From Minisyncoccota bacterium (lineage in GTDB: Bacteria > Patescibacteriota > Minisyncoccia > Phycocordibacterales > UBA9973), in the NCBI GenBank assembly GCA_041650615.1, contig JBAZKU010000001.1, positions 249,216 to 313,215 of the forward strand: a stretch of 64,000 nucleotides of DNA, given 5' to 3'. Each line of letters opens with the position of its first letter. Position 1 is the stretch's first letter. Made by a program: the position numbers and the translations under genes. This document shows, piece after piece, positions 26,205-36,661 of this stretch. Under the pieces are notes generated by a model. It did not search any database, was not told the origin of the DNA, and was given only the letters and a program-made list of their open reading frames with translations.

Positions 26205-28886
26205 TTACTTAAAAATCCTTTGAATTCTGCGGGCAAAGAATTTTCTAATTTCTTCAACAAATATAATAGATAATGCGATTGAAATAATGATAAGCCAATC
26301 AAACCGCCCTAATGAAACGGTGTGCAGTATTTTTTGCAGAACCGGCGTATATACTGCCAACAATTGCAAAACGATAACAATAAAGGTTGCCCCTAATAAA
26401 AATTTGTTTGAGAAGGGATTTGATTGAAAAATTGATTTTGAATCCGATCGGCAATTCCATGCATTAAACCATTGAAATACTGCGAGAGTTGTAAGGGAAA
26501 TGGTCCATGCTTTCTCTGTGTCTATATCAATATATTTCTGAAAGAGGAAAAGCGTGCCAATCATCATAGGGATAGCCATTAGAATCATTCTTTGCAACAT
26601 CAGTTTATCAATAAGGTATTTTTTAGGTCGCTCAAATTTGCCGGATAAAAGCCTGTCCTCTTTTGGTTCCATAGCAAGCGACACATCCAAAAAGCCATCT
26701 GTCACAAGATTGAGCCAAATAATCTGAGCAGCCAGTATCGGCAAGGGCATTCCAAAAAGCAAAGCTCCGATTATGGTGAATACTTCTCCGATGCTGGTTG
26801 AAAAAAGATATAGGATTACTTTCTTTATGGTTTTATATATGCTTCTTCCTTCTTCAACAGCAGAAACGATACTGCCAAAATTATCATCAAGAAGCACGAT
26901 ATCAGCCGCTTCTTTCGCCACTTCGGTGCCAATATTCCCCATCGCTACGCCGAGATCGGCAGCGACAAGAGATGGAGCATCGTTGACTCCATCTCCGGTC
27001 ATTGCGATAATCTCCCCGCGTTTTTTGAATGCATTAATAATTTTTAATTTGTGCTCGGGTGTTACTCTGGCAAAAACTGTGGTTTGGGATAATTTATCTG
27101 AAAGCTCATAATCGTTCATTGCATCAATTTCGCTTCCAGTGAGTATTTCATCTCCATTATGATAGATGTCGGCTTCGCGGGCAATAGCCATAGCAGTAAT
27201 CTTGTGGTCGCCGGTAATCATGATAACTTTTATACCTGCTTCTTGGGCTCGATCCATTGCCTCTTTAACTTCAAGACGCAAGACATCCTTCATAGCCAAA
27301 AAACCGATAAAAGTAAGATTAGAAATTGATTGCGGATTGGATAGGTCTTTAGTATTTTCATCAGTACCAACTGCAACAACCCGCTGTCCCAGCAAGGACA
27401 TTTTTATTAATATTTCTTCCAGTTTTTTTCTATCTTCTTCCAATATTAAACGCGTCCCTTCTGCGCTTATTATATTTTTTGAAAGTTTAATAATATTTTC
27501 TGGCGCGCCAATTACCGTCAATAGATTTTTATTTTCAATGGAGTTAATAACTGCATGATATTTGAGTTTATAGTCAAAAGGCATTTCTTGCAAAAGTGGC
27601 GATTCGGTAAGTAAATCTTCTTTATTAAATCCAATTTTTCTCGCAAAGACTATCATCGCCGCTTCGGTCGGATCGCCTGCAATATTCCATTTTTTTTCAT
27701 TATCAGAAGATATGATGAGACGAGCGTTGGCGCACAAAGCGGTAGCTTTAGCAATCATAAGCAATTCAGGGTGATTTACGGCATCAATAACATTATTTCC
27801 AAATGTTATATTCCCCGTAGGTTCATAACCCACACCGCCGACATCAAACAATTTATCCGCAACCCACACTTGCCGTACAACCAATTCATTTTTTGTAATA
27901 GTGCCGGTTTTATCCACAGCGATAACTCGCGCCTGGCCAAGCGCTTCTACTGCTTGAAGTTTTTTTACTAATGCATTGCGTTTGGACATCCGCCAAACTC
28001 CGGTTGCCAACACTAAAGTCATGACGATAGGCAATCCTTCAGGGATAATAGACACCGAAAGCGATACAACGATGGTAAACATCGTTCGTATTGATTCTCC
28101 GGTTGCAATACCGATCCCAAATAACACTGTGCAAATTATTCCCACTGCAATAATAATTGCCCGAGTTAAATATCTGATGTTTGCCTTCAGTGGAATTTCT
28201 GTATCAATAGAAGAGATTTCTTTAGCTATTTTGCCAATAGCCGTGAAAGACCCTGTTCCTACGACAACAGCCCTTCCGTTTCCGGAAACAATATGCGTGC
28301 CCTTGAACAGCATATTTTTTTGATCAGCGGTAGAAACTTCTTGTTTAAGCGCTTCTGCTGTTTTGTAAACGGGCTCTGATTCTCCGGTCAGCGATGCTTC
28401 ATCCGCCTTAAGATTTTGCGATAAAATGACTCGCGCATCCGCCGGGATTTTTTCTCCCTCCTCCAGATTTATAATATCCCCCGGCACTACTTCACGATCC
28501 GAAATAATGGATTCTGTACCGTTACGTAATACTGTTGCTTTTGTTTCAACAAACTTTTTCAGAGCATTAAGGGTATTCTGAGCTTTGCCTTCTTGGATTG
28601 TTCCAACAATTGCATTGAAAACAAGCACAGCGAAAATAATGCATGCATCTGTCGTTTCACCTATGAGATATGTAATAATACTGGCTCCAAGCAATACGAA
28701 AATAAGGGGACTATTGAATTGCCCAAGGAAAATTTGAAATAGAGAAATTTTTTTCTTTTCCGGTAAAGTATTTAATCCATATTGTTTAATTCGATTTTGG
28801 ACCTCATTAAAAGAAAGCCCATGCAATGATGTATTGAGTTTTTTAAATATTTGTTCCTGCGATAATAAATGCCATTCTGTCTCCAT
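26205..28886 (-). CDS. P-type cation-transporting ATPase (type IIA/IIB Ca2+/Mg2+-like)
   Basis: DKTGTIT, TGDHKITAMAIA, GDGVNDAPSL, ten TM segments. Confidence 0.85.
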   Translation of the reverse strand: METEWHLLSQEQIFKKLNTSLHGLSFNEVQNRIKQYGLNTLPEKKKISLFQIFLGQFNSPLIFVLLGASIITYLIGETTDACIIFAVLVFNAIVGTIQEGKAQNTLNALKKFVETKATVLRNGTESIISDREVVPGDIINLEEGEKIPADARVILSQNLKADEASLTGESEPVYKTAEALKQEVSTADQKNMLFKGTHIVSGNGRAVVVGTGSFTAIGKIAKEISSIDTEIPLKANIRYLTRAIIIAVGIICTVLFGIGIATGESIRTMFTIVVSLSVSIIPEGLPIVMTLVLATGVWRMSKRNALVKKLQAVEALGQARVIAVDKTGTITKNELVVRQVWVADKLFDVGGVGYEPTGNITFGNNVIDAVNHPELLMIAKATALCANARLIISSDNEKKWNIAGDPTEAAMIVFARKIGFNKEDLLTESPLLQEMPFDYKLKYHAVINSIENKNLLTVIGAPENIIKLSKNIISAEGTRLILEEDRKKLEEILIKMSLLGQRVVAVGTDENTKDLSNPQSISNLTFIGFLAMKDVLRLEVKEAMDRAQEAGIKVIMITGDHKITAMAIAREADIYHNGDEILTGSEIDAMNDYELSDKLSQTTVFARVTPEHKLKIINAFKKRGEIIAMTGDGVNDAPSLVAADLGVAMGNIGTEVAKEAADIVLLDDNFGSIVSAVEEGRSIYKTIKKVILYLFSTSIGEVFTIIGALLFGMPLPILAAQIIWLNLVTDGFLDVSLAMEPKEDRLLSGKFERPKKYLIDKLMLQRMILMAIPMMIGTLFLFQKYIDIDTEKAWTISLTTLAVFQWFNAWNCRSDSKSIFQSNPFSNKFLLGATFIVIVLQLLAVYTPVLQKILHTVSLGRFDWLIIISIALSIIFVEEIRKFFARRIQRIFK

Positions 28887-28928
28887 AGTAATTATTATAA
28901 CCGATAGATTAAAAAATGGCTTGTTTTT

Positions 28929-29762
28929 CTAATTCACAAAAGATAATAACCAATCAAGGAAAGAATTCATTTCTGATTGGTTGCGAAGATGCCATTTCGC
29001 CGAACTTTTATTATTTTTACCCACGCGAATAGTTATTCCGCTTTTTCGAAGAATAGAAAAGGCATCTTCGTCTGTTTGTCCATCGCCTACATAAATAGGC
29101 ATTACTTTTCTATCCAATTTATTTTGTATAATTTTTAGCGCCAAAAGACAGGCAGTTCCTTTATTTACTTTTATTTTGGGAAGCAATTCAAATGTCTTTT
29201 TATCCAAACGTGTTTCAAGCAATCCATCTCTTTTTATATCTTTTTGAATTTTTCTAAAAATAGATTCCAAGCGCTTAATTTTATTTTTTTTGACAAAACG
29301 ATATCCCAAAGCGAATACGTATTTTTTGTCTTCAAAAATTATTTCCGGATATGCTTCGCATTTTTTTATTAATTCTTTTTTTGCTTTTAGTAATGCTTTT
29401 TTTGTATCAACGGACAAAGACATAAATTCATACTTTTTATTTAAATTATGTTCCAATCCGTGATTCCCCACATAAAGTATATTTTTTATATTCACTCTTT
29501 TTTTTATATCGCTTAATTTTCTTCCAGAAATAATAACAACAGGGATATGGGAGACAATTTCTTTTAATTTTTCTTTAGTATCTTTTGGTAAAAATGCACT
29601 ATTGGGATTTTTAGCCAAAGGTGAAAGGGTTAAGTCAAAGTCAAAAAATAGCGCCAATATGTTAGAGCGCAATTTGCGCGCAATTTGTGTTTTGTAATCA
29701 AAAATATATTTCATTATAGTTTTGATTATACATGCAGGCGCAAAAATGTAAACTATCTTCAT
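28929..29762 (-). CDS. HAD-family phosphatase, trehalose-6-phosphate phosphatase-like
   Basis: LFFDFDLTLSP (DxDx(T/V) motif I), GDGQTDEDAF motif IV; same locus as otsA. Confidence 0.5.
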   Translation of the reverse strand: MKIVYIFAPACIIKTIMKYIFDYKTQIARKLRSNILALFFDFDLTLSPLAKNPNSAFLPKDTKEKLKEIVSHIPVVIISGRKLSDIKKRVNIKNILYVGNHGLEHNLNKKYEFMSLSVDTKKALLKAKKELIKKCEAYPEIIFEDKKYVFALGYRFVKKNKIKRLESIFRKIQKDIKRDGLLETRLDKKTFELLPKIKVNKGTACLLALKIIQNKLDRKVMPIYVGDGQTDEDAFSILRKSGITIRVGKNNKSSAKWHLRNQSEMNSFLDWLLSFVN

Positions 29763-29795
29763 TGAATTTTTTGAAAAAATGTTATAGCATTAGGT

Positions 29796-30452
29796 ATGAA
29801 ATATTTATTTCTTGATTTAGATGGCACGATTTCTAAAAGTAGACAAAAGGCGGAAATTAATATGCTTAGAGAATTACAGCGTATAAGTAAAAAATATAAG
29901 ATATTCATTGTGTCTGGCGCAGAATATTCAAGAATGCTTTTACAGGCTCCAGTAAAAAATGTTGTTTATATGGCGCAAAACGCAAATGATGTCCGTAAAA
30001 ACGGAAAGGTTTTATGGACCAATCAACTTTCAAACAAAAAAGATATTTTGGAACACATTAAGTTAATAGCAAAGAAATTCGGGTTCAAATTAGGTGAAGA
30101 CAATATAGAAGACAGGGGTTCTCAAATAGTTGTTTCATTTACAGGTTTTCGTGCCCCGCAAGAATTAAAAAATAAATTTGATCCTGATAGAAAAATAAGA
30201 ATGGAAATGTTGCGAAAATTCCCTCACCCTAATGCTTATGTGGCAGGTCTTACAGGTATTGATTTTATACCAAAAACCAAAGGGGAAAACATACAAAAAT
30301 ATCTTAAATTAATGAAAATAAAAAGTTCTGATTGCCTATATATCGGAGACGCATTAGAAAAAGGCGCAAATGATGAGTCGGTTTGCGGAATAATTCCAAC
30401 TTTTGCGGTTAAAAACCCAAAAGACACATTGCAATTTATTAAACAAATATGA
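29796..30452 (+). CDS. HAD-IIB family hydrolase (phosphomannomutase/sugar-phosphatase-like)
   Basis: FLDLDGTIS motif I; IGDALEKGANDESV motif IV. Confidence 0.5.
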   Translation: MKYLFLDLDGTISKSRQKAEINMLRELQRISKKYKIFIVSGAEYSRMLLQAPVKNVVYMAQNANDVRKNGKVLWTNQLSNKKDILEHIKLIAKKFGFKLGEDNIEDRGSQIVVSFTGFRAPQELKNKFDPDRKIRMEMLRKFPHPNAYVAGLTGIDFIPKTKGENIQKYLKLMKIKSSDCLYIGDALEKGANDESVCGIIPTFAVKNPKDTLQFIKQI

Positions 30453-30880
30453 TAAAAGGATTTACTTGCGGGGCTATGGATTTACTGCACGCGGGCCACG
30501 TGCTGATGCTGAAAGAATGCAGAGAACAATGCGATTATTTGATAGTTGGTCTTCAGGATGACCCATCAATAACTGATGTATCATATCGTGGCAAAAAGAA
30601 AAATAAACCAATAGAAACCCTAGAAGAAAGAAAAATACGACTTGAGGGTTGTAAGTATGTGGATCAAATTATAGTTTACAAAACAGAAGAAGATCTGTAT
30701 GAATTGCTTAAAAATCTTAAACCGGATGTTCGTTTTGTGGGAATGGATTGGAAAGGTAAACATGTAACCGGGGATAATTTAATAGATATTAAAATTATTT
30801 ACAATAGTCGTGGACACAATTATTCCAGCAGTGATTTGCGACGAAGAATTGCGGACGCGGAGAAAAATAAAGAAGAATAA
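30449..30880 (+). CDS. cytidylyltransferase (glycerol-3-phosphate cytidylyltransferase-like)
   Basis: GAMDLLHAGH (HxGH), RxxxR C-terminus; overlaps the upstream ORF by ATGA. Confidence 0.6.
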   Translation: MIKGFTCGAMDLLHAGHVLMLKECREQCDYLIVGLQDDPSITDVSYRGKKKNKPIETLEERKIRLEGCKYVDQIIVYKTEEDLYELLKNLKPDVRFVGMDWKGKHVTGDNLIDIKIIYNSRGHNYSSSDLRRRIADAEKNKEE

Positions 30881-30894
30881 AATATAGATTTAAA

Positions 30895-33135
30895 TTACCT
30901 AAGATTGATAACCGCTCGGATAAATTCAGCAGACCAGCGGAAAACATTATAACTTTTTACAGATTCGCGCATCTTTTTCATCCTTTTGTGCTGTTCAGGC
31001 AATGGCATGCTTAAAGCGACATTCAGGGCTTCAGATGTTTCCTCGGCGCTATATGGGTTTATAACAATAGCCCCCCTAAGATCCCTAACAGCGCCGGTAA
31101 ATTTGCTTAACACTAAAACACCTTTTTCATCATCTCGCGCCGCGACATATTCTTTGGCCACTAAATTCATACCGTCATGAAGCGACGTTACCATACAGAC
31201 ATCCGCAACTTTGAAAAGGGCGCCTAGTTCTTCATGTGTATGATATTCTTTCAATAAAACAATTGGTTGCCATGTTTTTGTCTGGAACTTTTCATTAATA
31301 CGCAGAGCTTCTTTTGTCACTTCTTCACTAAATTGTTTGTATTTCGGCACACTCTCGCGAGAAGGCGATGCTATTTGCAAGAATGTAAAATTATTTTTAT
31401 ATGAAGGATAAGTGTCCAGAAAAAATTCTATCGCTTTAAATCTTTCAAGTAATCCTTTTGTATAATCCATCCTGTCAACTCCCAAACCGATATACTTGCT
31501 ATGGATATCAAGCTTTTCTAAAAACTTTTTCCCAACTTTTTTATCATACAATACATCATTGCCGCTATCAGTGAAAGCAATACTGATTGGAAACGATTTA
31601 ATGTAACTCGTGTGATTTTGATAAGTCACGGTAAACTGCTCAAGGTCGCACAAAGATTCTAATTCTTTACTAACAGTATCTATAAAATTATTACAGAATT
31701 GCTGAATATGGAAACCGACAATATCCGCGCCAAGCATTCCTCGCAGTATTTCCTTGCGCCAAGGACAAACACTAAAAGCTTCAGAACTCGGCCATGGTAT
31801 ATGCCAAAAGATACCTGTCTGCGCGTCCGGTCTGCTTGCTTTTATCATCTGTGGAATTAACGCAAGGTGAAAATCTTGGACCAAAATAATAGGATTTGGC
31901 ACAGATTTTATTTCAGCTAGAATGCTTTCAGTAAACTTCTCATTTACATGGCAGTACCTCAACCAATCATCCTTACGAAAAATAGGACGATTGTGCACCA
32001 TATGACAAAGCGGCCATATGGCTTCATTAGAAAATCCTTCATAATATCCCTTAACTTCTTGATCGGAAAGCCAGATTCTTTTTAAGATATATTTTGGTTC
32101 TTGAGGGGGTACTTTAATCTTATTGTCTTTATCAACAGTTTGTTTATCTGCGTCTCCGCTACCCCAAGCAATCCAGGTACCTCCGCAAGCTTTTATGACT
32201 GATTCAATAGCAGTAATCATTCCACTTGCAGGTACTTTGTAATTTATCTTTCCTTTTGAATTGAAATGCTCATAAGGTTCACGATTAGACACAACAAAAA
32301 CGGGTCTGTCTTTTAGATGTGCTTTGGTAAATTCAGACAAGCGTTCAGCTGTCCACGGAGTGTCAAGTTTTTCCAAACGCATTCGGGCCTCCTCTCGAGC
32401 TGATAAACGTGCTTGAAGTAAACTTTTAGTAATATGAGTAATTTCTTTTGCCAGCGGAGTAAAAAAGGAATATTTCCCTTCGTCTTTAAAACTTTCTTTG
32501 CTTTCCCCCATTCTGATTTTTTTCACAGATTCTACTAGACGAATAACTTGGCGAAAAACAAAAAATCTCAAAATTATGAAAATAGTGATTGAAAATATTA
32601 TTATCTGAATAAATAATCGTAATAAATTACCCTTCCAAATTTCTCTGATACTGGTATTTATATACCCCGCGTTTTGCACTATCATAAGGGCGCCTACTAT
32701 ACTTTCATTATTATGTAATGGGTCAACATGCACATAGCGTGTTTCTCCCTCGGCATCAAAAAAATCATTATTTGAAGTATTACTATCCATTGCTTCAGCA
32801 ACAATTTTAGTATTCTCAATTATAGTTTTTGGCAAGCCAGAAGAAGTGGCCAGGAGTGTCCCTTTATTATCATAGAGAGCGATCCCTGCCAATCGTTCGC
32901 GGTTAGCAAATTTATTTACAACTTTCTGGAGAGAATTTTGGAAAGAGGGCTGTGAAGAATTAGCATAATAAGGTTCAACAGATTCTTTCAAGCTATCAGC
33001 AAGCAGAGAAGCTCGTTGCTCTAAATTAGTCGTTAGGGTTGCTCTTTCTTCATCCACTTGACTGAGGTTGAACCCAAGAGCGACTGAACTTACAGCTATA
33101 ACAACACTACCAATAATGACAAAAATATATTTCAT
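30895..33135 (-). CDS. otsA: alpha,alpha-trehalose-phosphate synthase (GT20) fused to an N-terminal TM-bounded extracytoplasmic sensor-like domain
   Basis: C-terminal 460 aa: VVSNREPY, GGTWIAWGSG, LVQDFHL, GADIVGFH; N-terminal about 280 aa with TM1 (aa 5-25), a about 150-aa extracytoplasmic segment, TM2 (aa 170-195) and a juxtamembrane helix. Confidence 0.75.
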   Translation of the reverse strand: MKYIFVIIGSVVIAVSSVALGFNLSQVDEERATLTTNLEQRASLLADSLKESVEPYYANSSQPSFQNSLQKVVNKFANRERLAGIALYDNKGTLLATSSGLPKTIIENTKIVAEAMDSNTSNNDFFDAEGETRYVHVDPLHNNESIVGALMIVQNAGYINTSIREIWKGNLLRLFIQIIIFSITIFIILRFFVFRQVIRLVESVKKIRMGESKESFKDEGKYSFFTPLAKEITHITKSLLQARLSAREEARMRLEKLDTPWTAERLSEFTKAHLKDRPVFVVSNREPYEHFNSKGKINYKVPASGMITAIESVIKACGGTWIAWGSGDADKQTVDKDNKIKVPPQEPKYILKRIWLSDQEVKGYYEGFSNEAIWPLCHMVHNRPIFRKDDWLRYCHVNEKFTESILAEIKSVPNPIILVQDFHLALIPQMIKASRPDAQTGIFWHIPWPSSEAFSVCPWRKEILRGMLGADIVGFHIQQFCNNFIDTVSKELESLCDLEQFTVTYQNHTSYIKSFPISIAFTDSGNDVLYDKKVGKKFLEKLDIHSKYIGLGVDRMDYTKGLLERFKAIEFFLDTYPSYKNNFTFLQIASPSRESVPKYKQFSEEVTKEALRINEKFQTKTWQPIVLLKEYHTHEELGALFKVADVCMVTSLHDGMNLVAKEYVAARDDEKGVLVLSKFTGAVRDLRGAIVINPYSAEETSEALNVALSMPLPEQHKRMKKMRESVKSYNVFRWSAEFIRAVINLR

Positions 33136-33346
33136 AACTTTTTATTGATGTTTAAATGAAACAAATATAAGACAAAAGCCCAAAATATGCATATAATCCT
33201 TAAAAATTTTCATAAATTCATTATATCATAAGATTAACTTATTGCCTGAATTAATAAAAAAAGAAGAAAGGTGGCAATTTATTGATAGAATAATGTGAAA
33301 TACAATAACTGGCAAAAAGTAAACAATAAGTTTAAAATAAATATAT

Positions 33347-33685
33347 ATGGAAAAAGTCCCAAAATTAAATAAAGGAGAAAAGGTTCCAATTAATTGGAGT
33401 CAATTTTTGATTGATAAAATGGATAAAGTCACCGAAGAAGAAATAAAAAAATTCAATGCTTTGCGCATTAAACCCGAGTATAAAGGAATCTTTGAAGAGG
33501 AGCCAACAGATATGCAAATAGGGTTGGTGGCTTTAGACAAGCTTACAGACAACGAGTTGAAAGCGTTAAGCGCTTATCAGAATGAAATATCAAAGAAAAA
33601 AGAATCAAGGGCTTTTCTTGTGGGATTTCATGATGTAGCCAGTAAATTAGCCGCCTTACGTGAAATTACCGGCCGTAAATTTTAA
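33347..33685 (+). CDS. hypothetical protein
   Basis: ORF only. Confidence 0.3.
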   Translation: MEKVPKLNKGEKVPINWSQFLIDKMDKVTEEEIKKFNALRIKPEYKGIFEEEPTDMQIGLVALDKLTDNELKALSAYQNEISKKKESRAFLVGFHDVASKLAALREITGRKF

Positions 33686-33792
33686 AGTGAGAAGTCGTTC
33701 AGACTCTAAAAGTCTTTTGGCTCGAATGAGATGTGTGAATAAGTTTGACAGGAAAAAAGTAAAAATATTTTTAAAAAGACCCGAATCGTAAA

Positions 33793-34773
33793 CTACGACT
33801 CGGGTTTCTTTTTTGATTTTTCTTGAATAATTCCTGCTATTGCTCTACGAAGGAGATTAAGATCCTCTTCTGCATCTTGAAGAATCATTACAATGGACTG
33901 CATTTCCTTGGTAGAACGTTCTTTAAAAATTCGTTCAACTTCTTGCTGTTTCATATCCAATATGGTTTCTGTATCAGTGCGAAGCCTATTAATTACTCTC
34001 ATAAGGATTTCATAATCTTTTGACGGCGACCTTCTATTTTTGGAGGTTCCCGCAAGTGATTCAGCTGTTCTGTTTGAACGGATATAATGGAGTGCTTTCC
34101 GTAACGGTAGTTTGTGTTCTATGATATAAGATGCTTTTTCTATCTGGGCTTCAGGAGTAAAATTAGAAAGTGCCACTCCTATTTGGAAAGATATTTTCCT
34201 CTCGTTCATAAAATCTTGCACCGTTTGGCAGAGACGCGTAAATCCGAGATATTGATATACCCAACTTTTTGAATGGGCGACTATTATTGCTACCTTTTCT
34301 ATGGCCGCACTATTCTCTATTTTCTCTTGTCGCATCAAGAAATCTCGAATATAGGCAAGAGCGAAAGTTATTTCAAGCGGTGTGTGAAGTTCACTTCCAA
34401 AGTTTGCTACAACTGAACAGATAAATTGTTCTTCTTTGGACTTTACATCCATCACATAAGCTAGAATAGTTGGTATATTACCAAGAAGACAAGAACGATA
34501 ACGGCGTTCTCCGTCTATCAATTCAAAACAATATTGTCCATCAATTATAGGACGCACCCATATAGGTCTCTTCTGTCCGACAGCTTTCATACTTTCCATG
34601 AGCGCTATTAAACCATCCTTGTTAAAATATTTTCTGGGTTGATCAGCAAAAGGACGGATAAGCCCTATGGGTATTTCGCATATTTTCGCTTCTGAAACAA
34701 CTACCTTAGATTTTAGATCTGAAATCGAATTTGTATGCAAAAGATCAAGCGCCACTTCCTGTTCAGGCTTCAT
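33793..34773 (-). CDS. ParB/Srx-like nuclease-domain protein
   Basis: ELIDGERRYRSC (GERRxR ParB box II). Confidence 0.5.
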   Translation of the reverse strand: MKPEQEVALDLLHTNSISDLKSKVVVSEAKICEIPIGLIRPFADQPRKYFNKDGLIALMESMKAVGQKRPIWVRPIIDGQYCFELIDGERRYRSCLLGNIPTILAYVMDVKSKEEQFICSVVANFGSELHTPLEITFALAYIRDFLMRQEKIENSAAIEKVAIIVAHSKSWVYQYLGFTRLCQTVQDFMNERKISFQIGVALSNFTPEAQIEKASYIIEHKLPLRKALHYIRSNRTAESLAGTSKNRRSPSKDYEILMRVINRLRTDTETILDMKQQEVERIFKERSTKEMQSIVMILQDAEEDLNLLRRAIAGIIQEKSKKKPES

Positions 34774-34945
34774 AGATATTCCCTTTCTTTATATTAATTT
34801 TATTGATTTATCATTGCCTTTGAGTGGAAACAAAATAATCCAACAAGTTTATTTTCAAAGACCAAAAATACTTGTATACACACTACAGTTTTAAAGTAAA
34901 AAGTCAAGAGCTCCGAATACGGAAAATACTATCTGGTCTTTTTAT

Positions 34946-35278
34946 TCACAAATTCCTTTTATACCCGTCTATTAAATATAAAATTCCCGGAATAATAGGA
35001 ACAGCCAAATTGACGCTAAGATTTGCTTCCGTCAAAAGTCCGACAACAAAACCGATTACGATTGAAATAACTATAAGCCACCCTCCGACTTTAGGATATT
35101 TCCAACCCAAAGCCAGGCCGATAAAAACCAATGGCATCATAGCCAGTGCGACATTTTCCCATAGAGAATAATTCGGATTAGCAAACGGCAAGGGATTGCC
35201 GTAACCGAAATAAAACGGCAAAGCAAAAATTAAAATGCATAATGCGAGTACTCGAGCAAACCATTTAATTGTTTTCAT
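34946..35278 (-). CDS. small 3-4 TM membrane protein
   Basis: Hydrophobicity only. Confidence 0.35.
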   Translation of the reverse strand: MKTIKWFARVLALCILIFALPFYFGYGNPLPFANPNYSLWENVALAMMPLVFIGLALGWKYPKVGGWLIVISIVIGFVVGLLTEANLSVNLAVPIIPGILYLIDGYKRNL

Positions 35279-35643
35279 ATACTATTATTATAGAATAATA
35301 CCAGATATAACTCAAACTAACTGGCTCCGGGGGTAGGGATATCTCCCTCGACTAAAATTTTTTCGTCAAAAAATTTTGTCTGGGCACCGACTCATGGATT
35401 TTTACTGCTGTAAAAATCACATTCCGTCGTTCGATCACCTACACGCACGACAAGCAGTTGTCGTGCTCGCCCGGAAGCATGAAACAAAAAGCCCATACGA
35501 AAGTATGAGTTTTTGTTTTTGCTCCCCTTACTGGACAAGTTCAGAACTGCAAACTGGACTAGAATTAAAAGCGATTTAGAGTTTAGTGGGATATTAGGGC
35601 TATTCCCTAAACTTTTACTTCAGAACTAATAAATAAATTATAC

Positions 35644-36090
35644 TCAAGTTCCTCTTCTAATTTTATTAGTTTCGTAGTGATTTTCAGTTATAGCAACTAC
35701 ATATAAAATCCTTTTTGGCTCAATATCAAAATAAAAAATACGACCAGTGCTTTGTAAAAAGAGTTCTCTTATTTCAATACCTTCATCAATCTTACTATAA
35801 AGCTTTTTATAATCACCCGAGTTTTCTACACTTTCATTTCTTATATTATTTCTTTGAAAATCAGCTCGTGTGTAAACCTTGGTTCCAATTTCTCTTAAAA
35901 TAGAAAGAGCTTTATTCCCTTTATTTTTACCAAGTATGTCTATTTCACAACAATTTTTGTTGTATTTTGAGAAAGATATTAAATAAGGTTTAGTTTCAGG
36001 TTCTTCTGTCTCTTGGGATACTTCGGTCACTTTCTGAGGTATCTCATTATAACTCTCAACCTGTGTAACCTCATCAGGAATTTCTGGCAT
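35644..36090 (-). CDS. hypothetical protein; C-terminus resembles a RelE/ParE-fold toxin (putative toxin partner of the Panacea protein)
   Basis: C-terminal GRIFYFDIEPKRILYVVAITENHYE pattern; 5-bp gap from the upstream Panacea gene. Confidence 0.3.
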   Translation of the reverse strand: MPEIPDEVTQVESYNEIPQKVTEVSQETEEPETKPYLISFSKYNKNCCEIDILGKNKGNKALSILREIGTKVYTRADFQRNNIRNESVENSGDYKKLYSKIDEGIEIRELFLQSTGRIFYFDIEPKRILYVVAITENHYETNKIRRGT

Positions 36091-36095
36091 AAGAG

Positions 36096-36596
36096 TTATT
36101 TTTTAGCTATTTCTAGTTTTTGAGAATAAAAGCTTTTCATTGTTTTGGGAGAAATTTCATTTTCTGAATTTTTAGAACTCTCTAGTCCTTCTCTAGCTTC
36201 TTTCCACGGTGTCTCATTATGTGTAAGCATTTCTAAATAATCAGCATCTAATCCACCATACACAGACCAAATCTCATCTAAAAGCTTTTTAGCTTCAGTA
36301 GGGATTGTTTTTATTAAAGTTGCGTCCGCTTCTTTTTGTATATAATTAAATCCAAAATCTTTGTATTTAACATACAAACTTTTGATTGCTGGTCCGTGAA
36401 CCCACGCTTCAATTTTTTCATTGAAAAGTTTTTGATTATTAAACACCAAAAACCAAGCTTGTGCATAGTAGACAAGTTTCTGAAGCTTTTTATTAGTTAT
36501 TCCTTTCTTATCTTTATTAGCTTTATCTATAAAGTATTCTGCGACAGTCAAAGCACTTACTTTTTTAGTGACTAAACTCATAATTGTATTATACAC
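36096..36596 (-). CDS. Panacea-domain (DUF4065, SocA-like) putative antitoxin
   Basis: KLQKLVYYAQAWFLVFNNQKLFNEKIEAWVHGP is characteristic of DUF4065. Confidence 0.5.
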   Translation of the reverse strand: MYNTIMSLVTKKVSALTVAEYFIDKANKDKKGITNKKLQKLVYYAQAWFLVFNNQKLFNEKIEAWVHGPAIKSLYVKYKDFGFNYIQKEADATLIKTIPTEAKKLLDEIWSVYGGLDADYLEMLTHNETPWKEAREGLESSKNSENEISPKTMKSFYSQKLEIAKK

Positions 36597-36661
36597 TTTT
36601 CTACTTAAATTTACAAAGAGGTGTTGATAAGTATTGTAAACTAAAGTAAACTATATAATAT

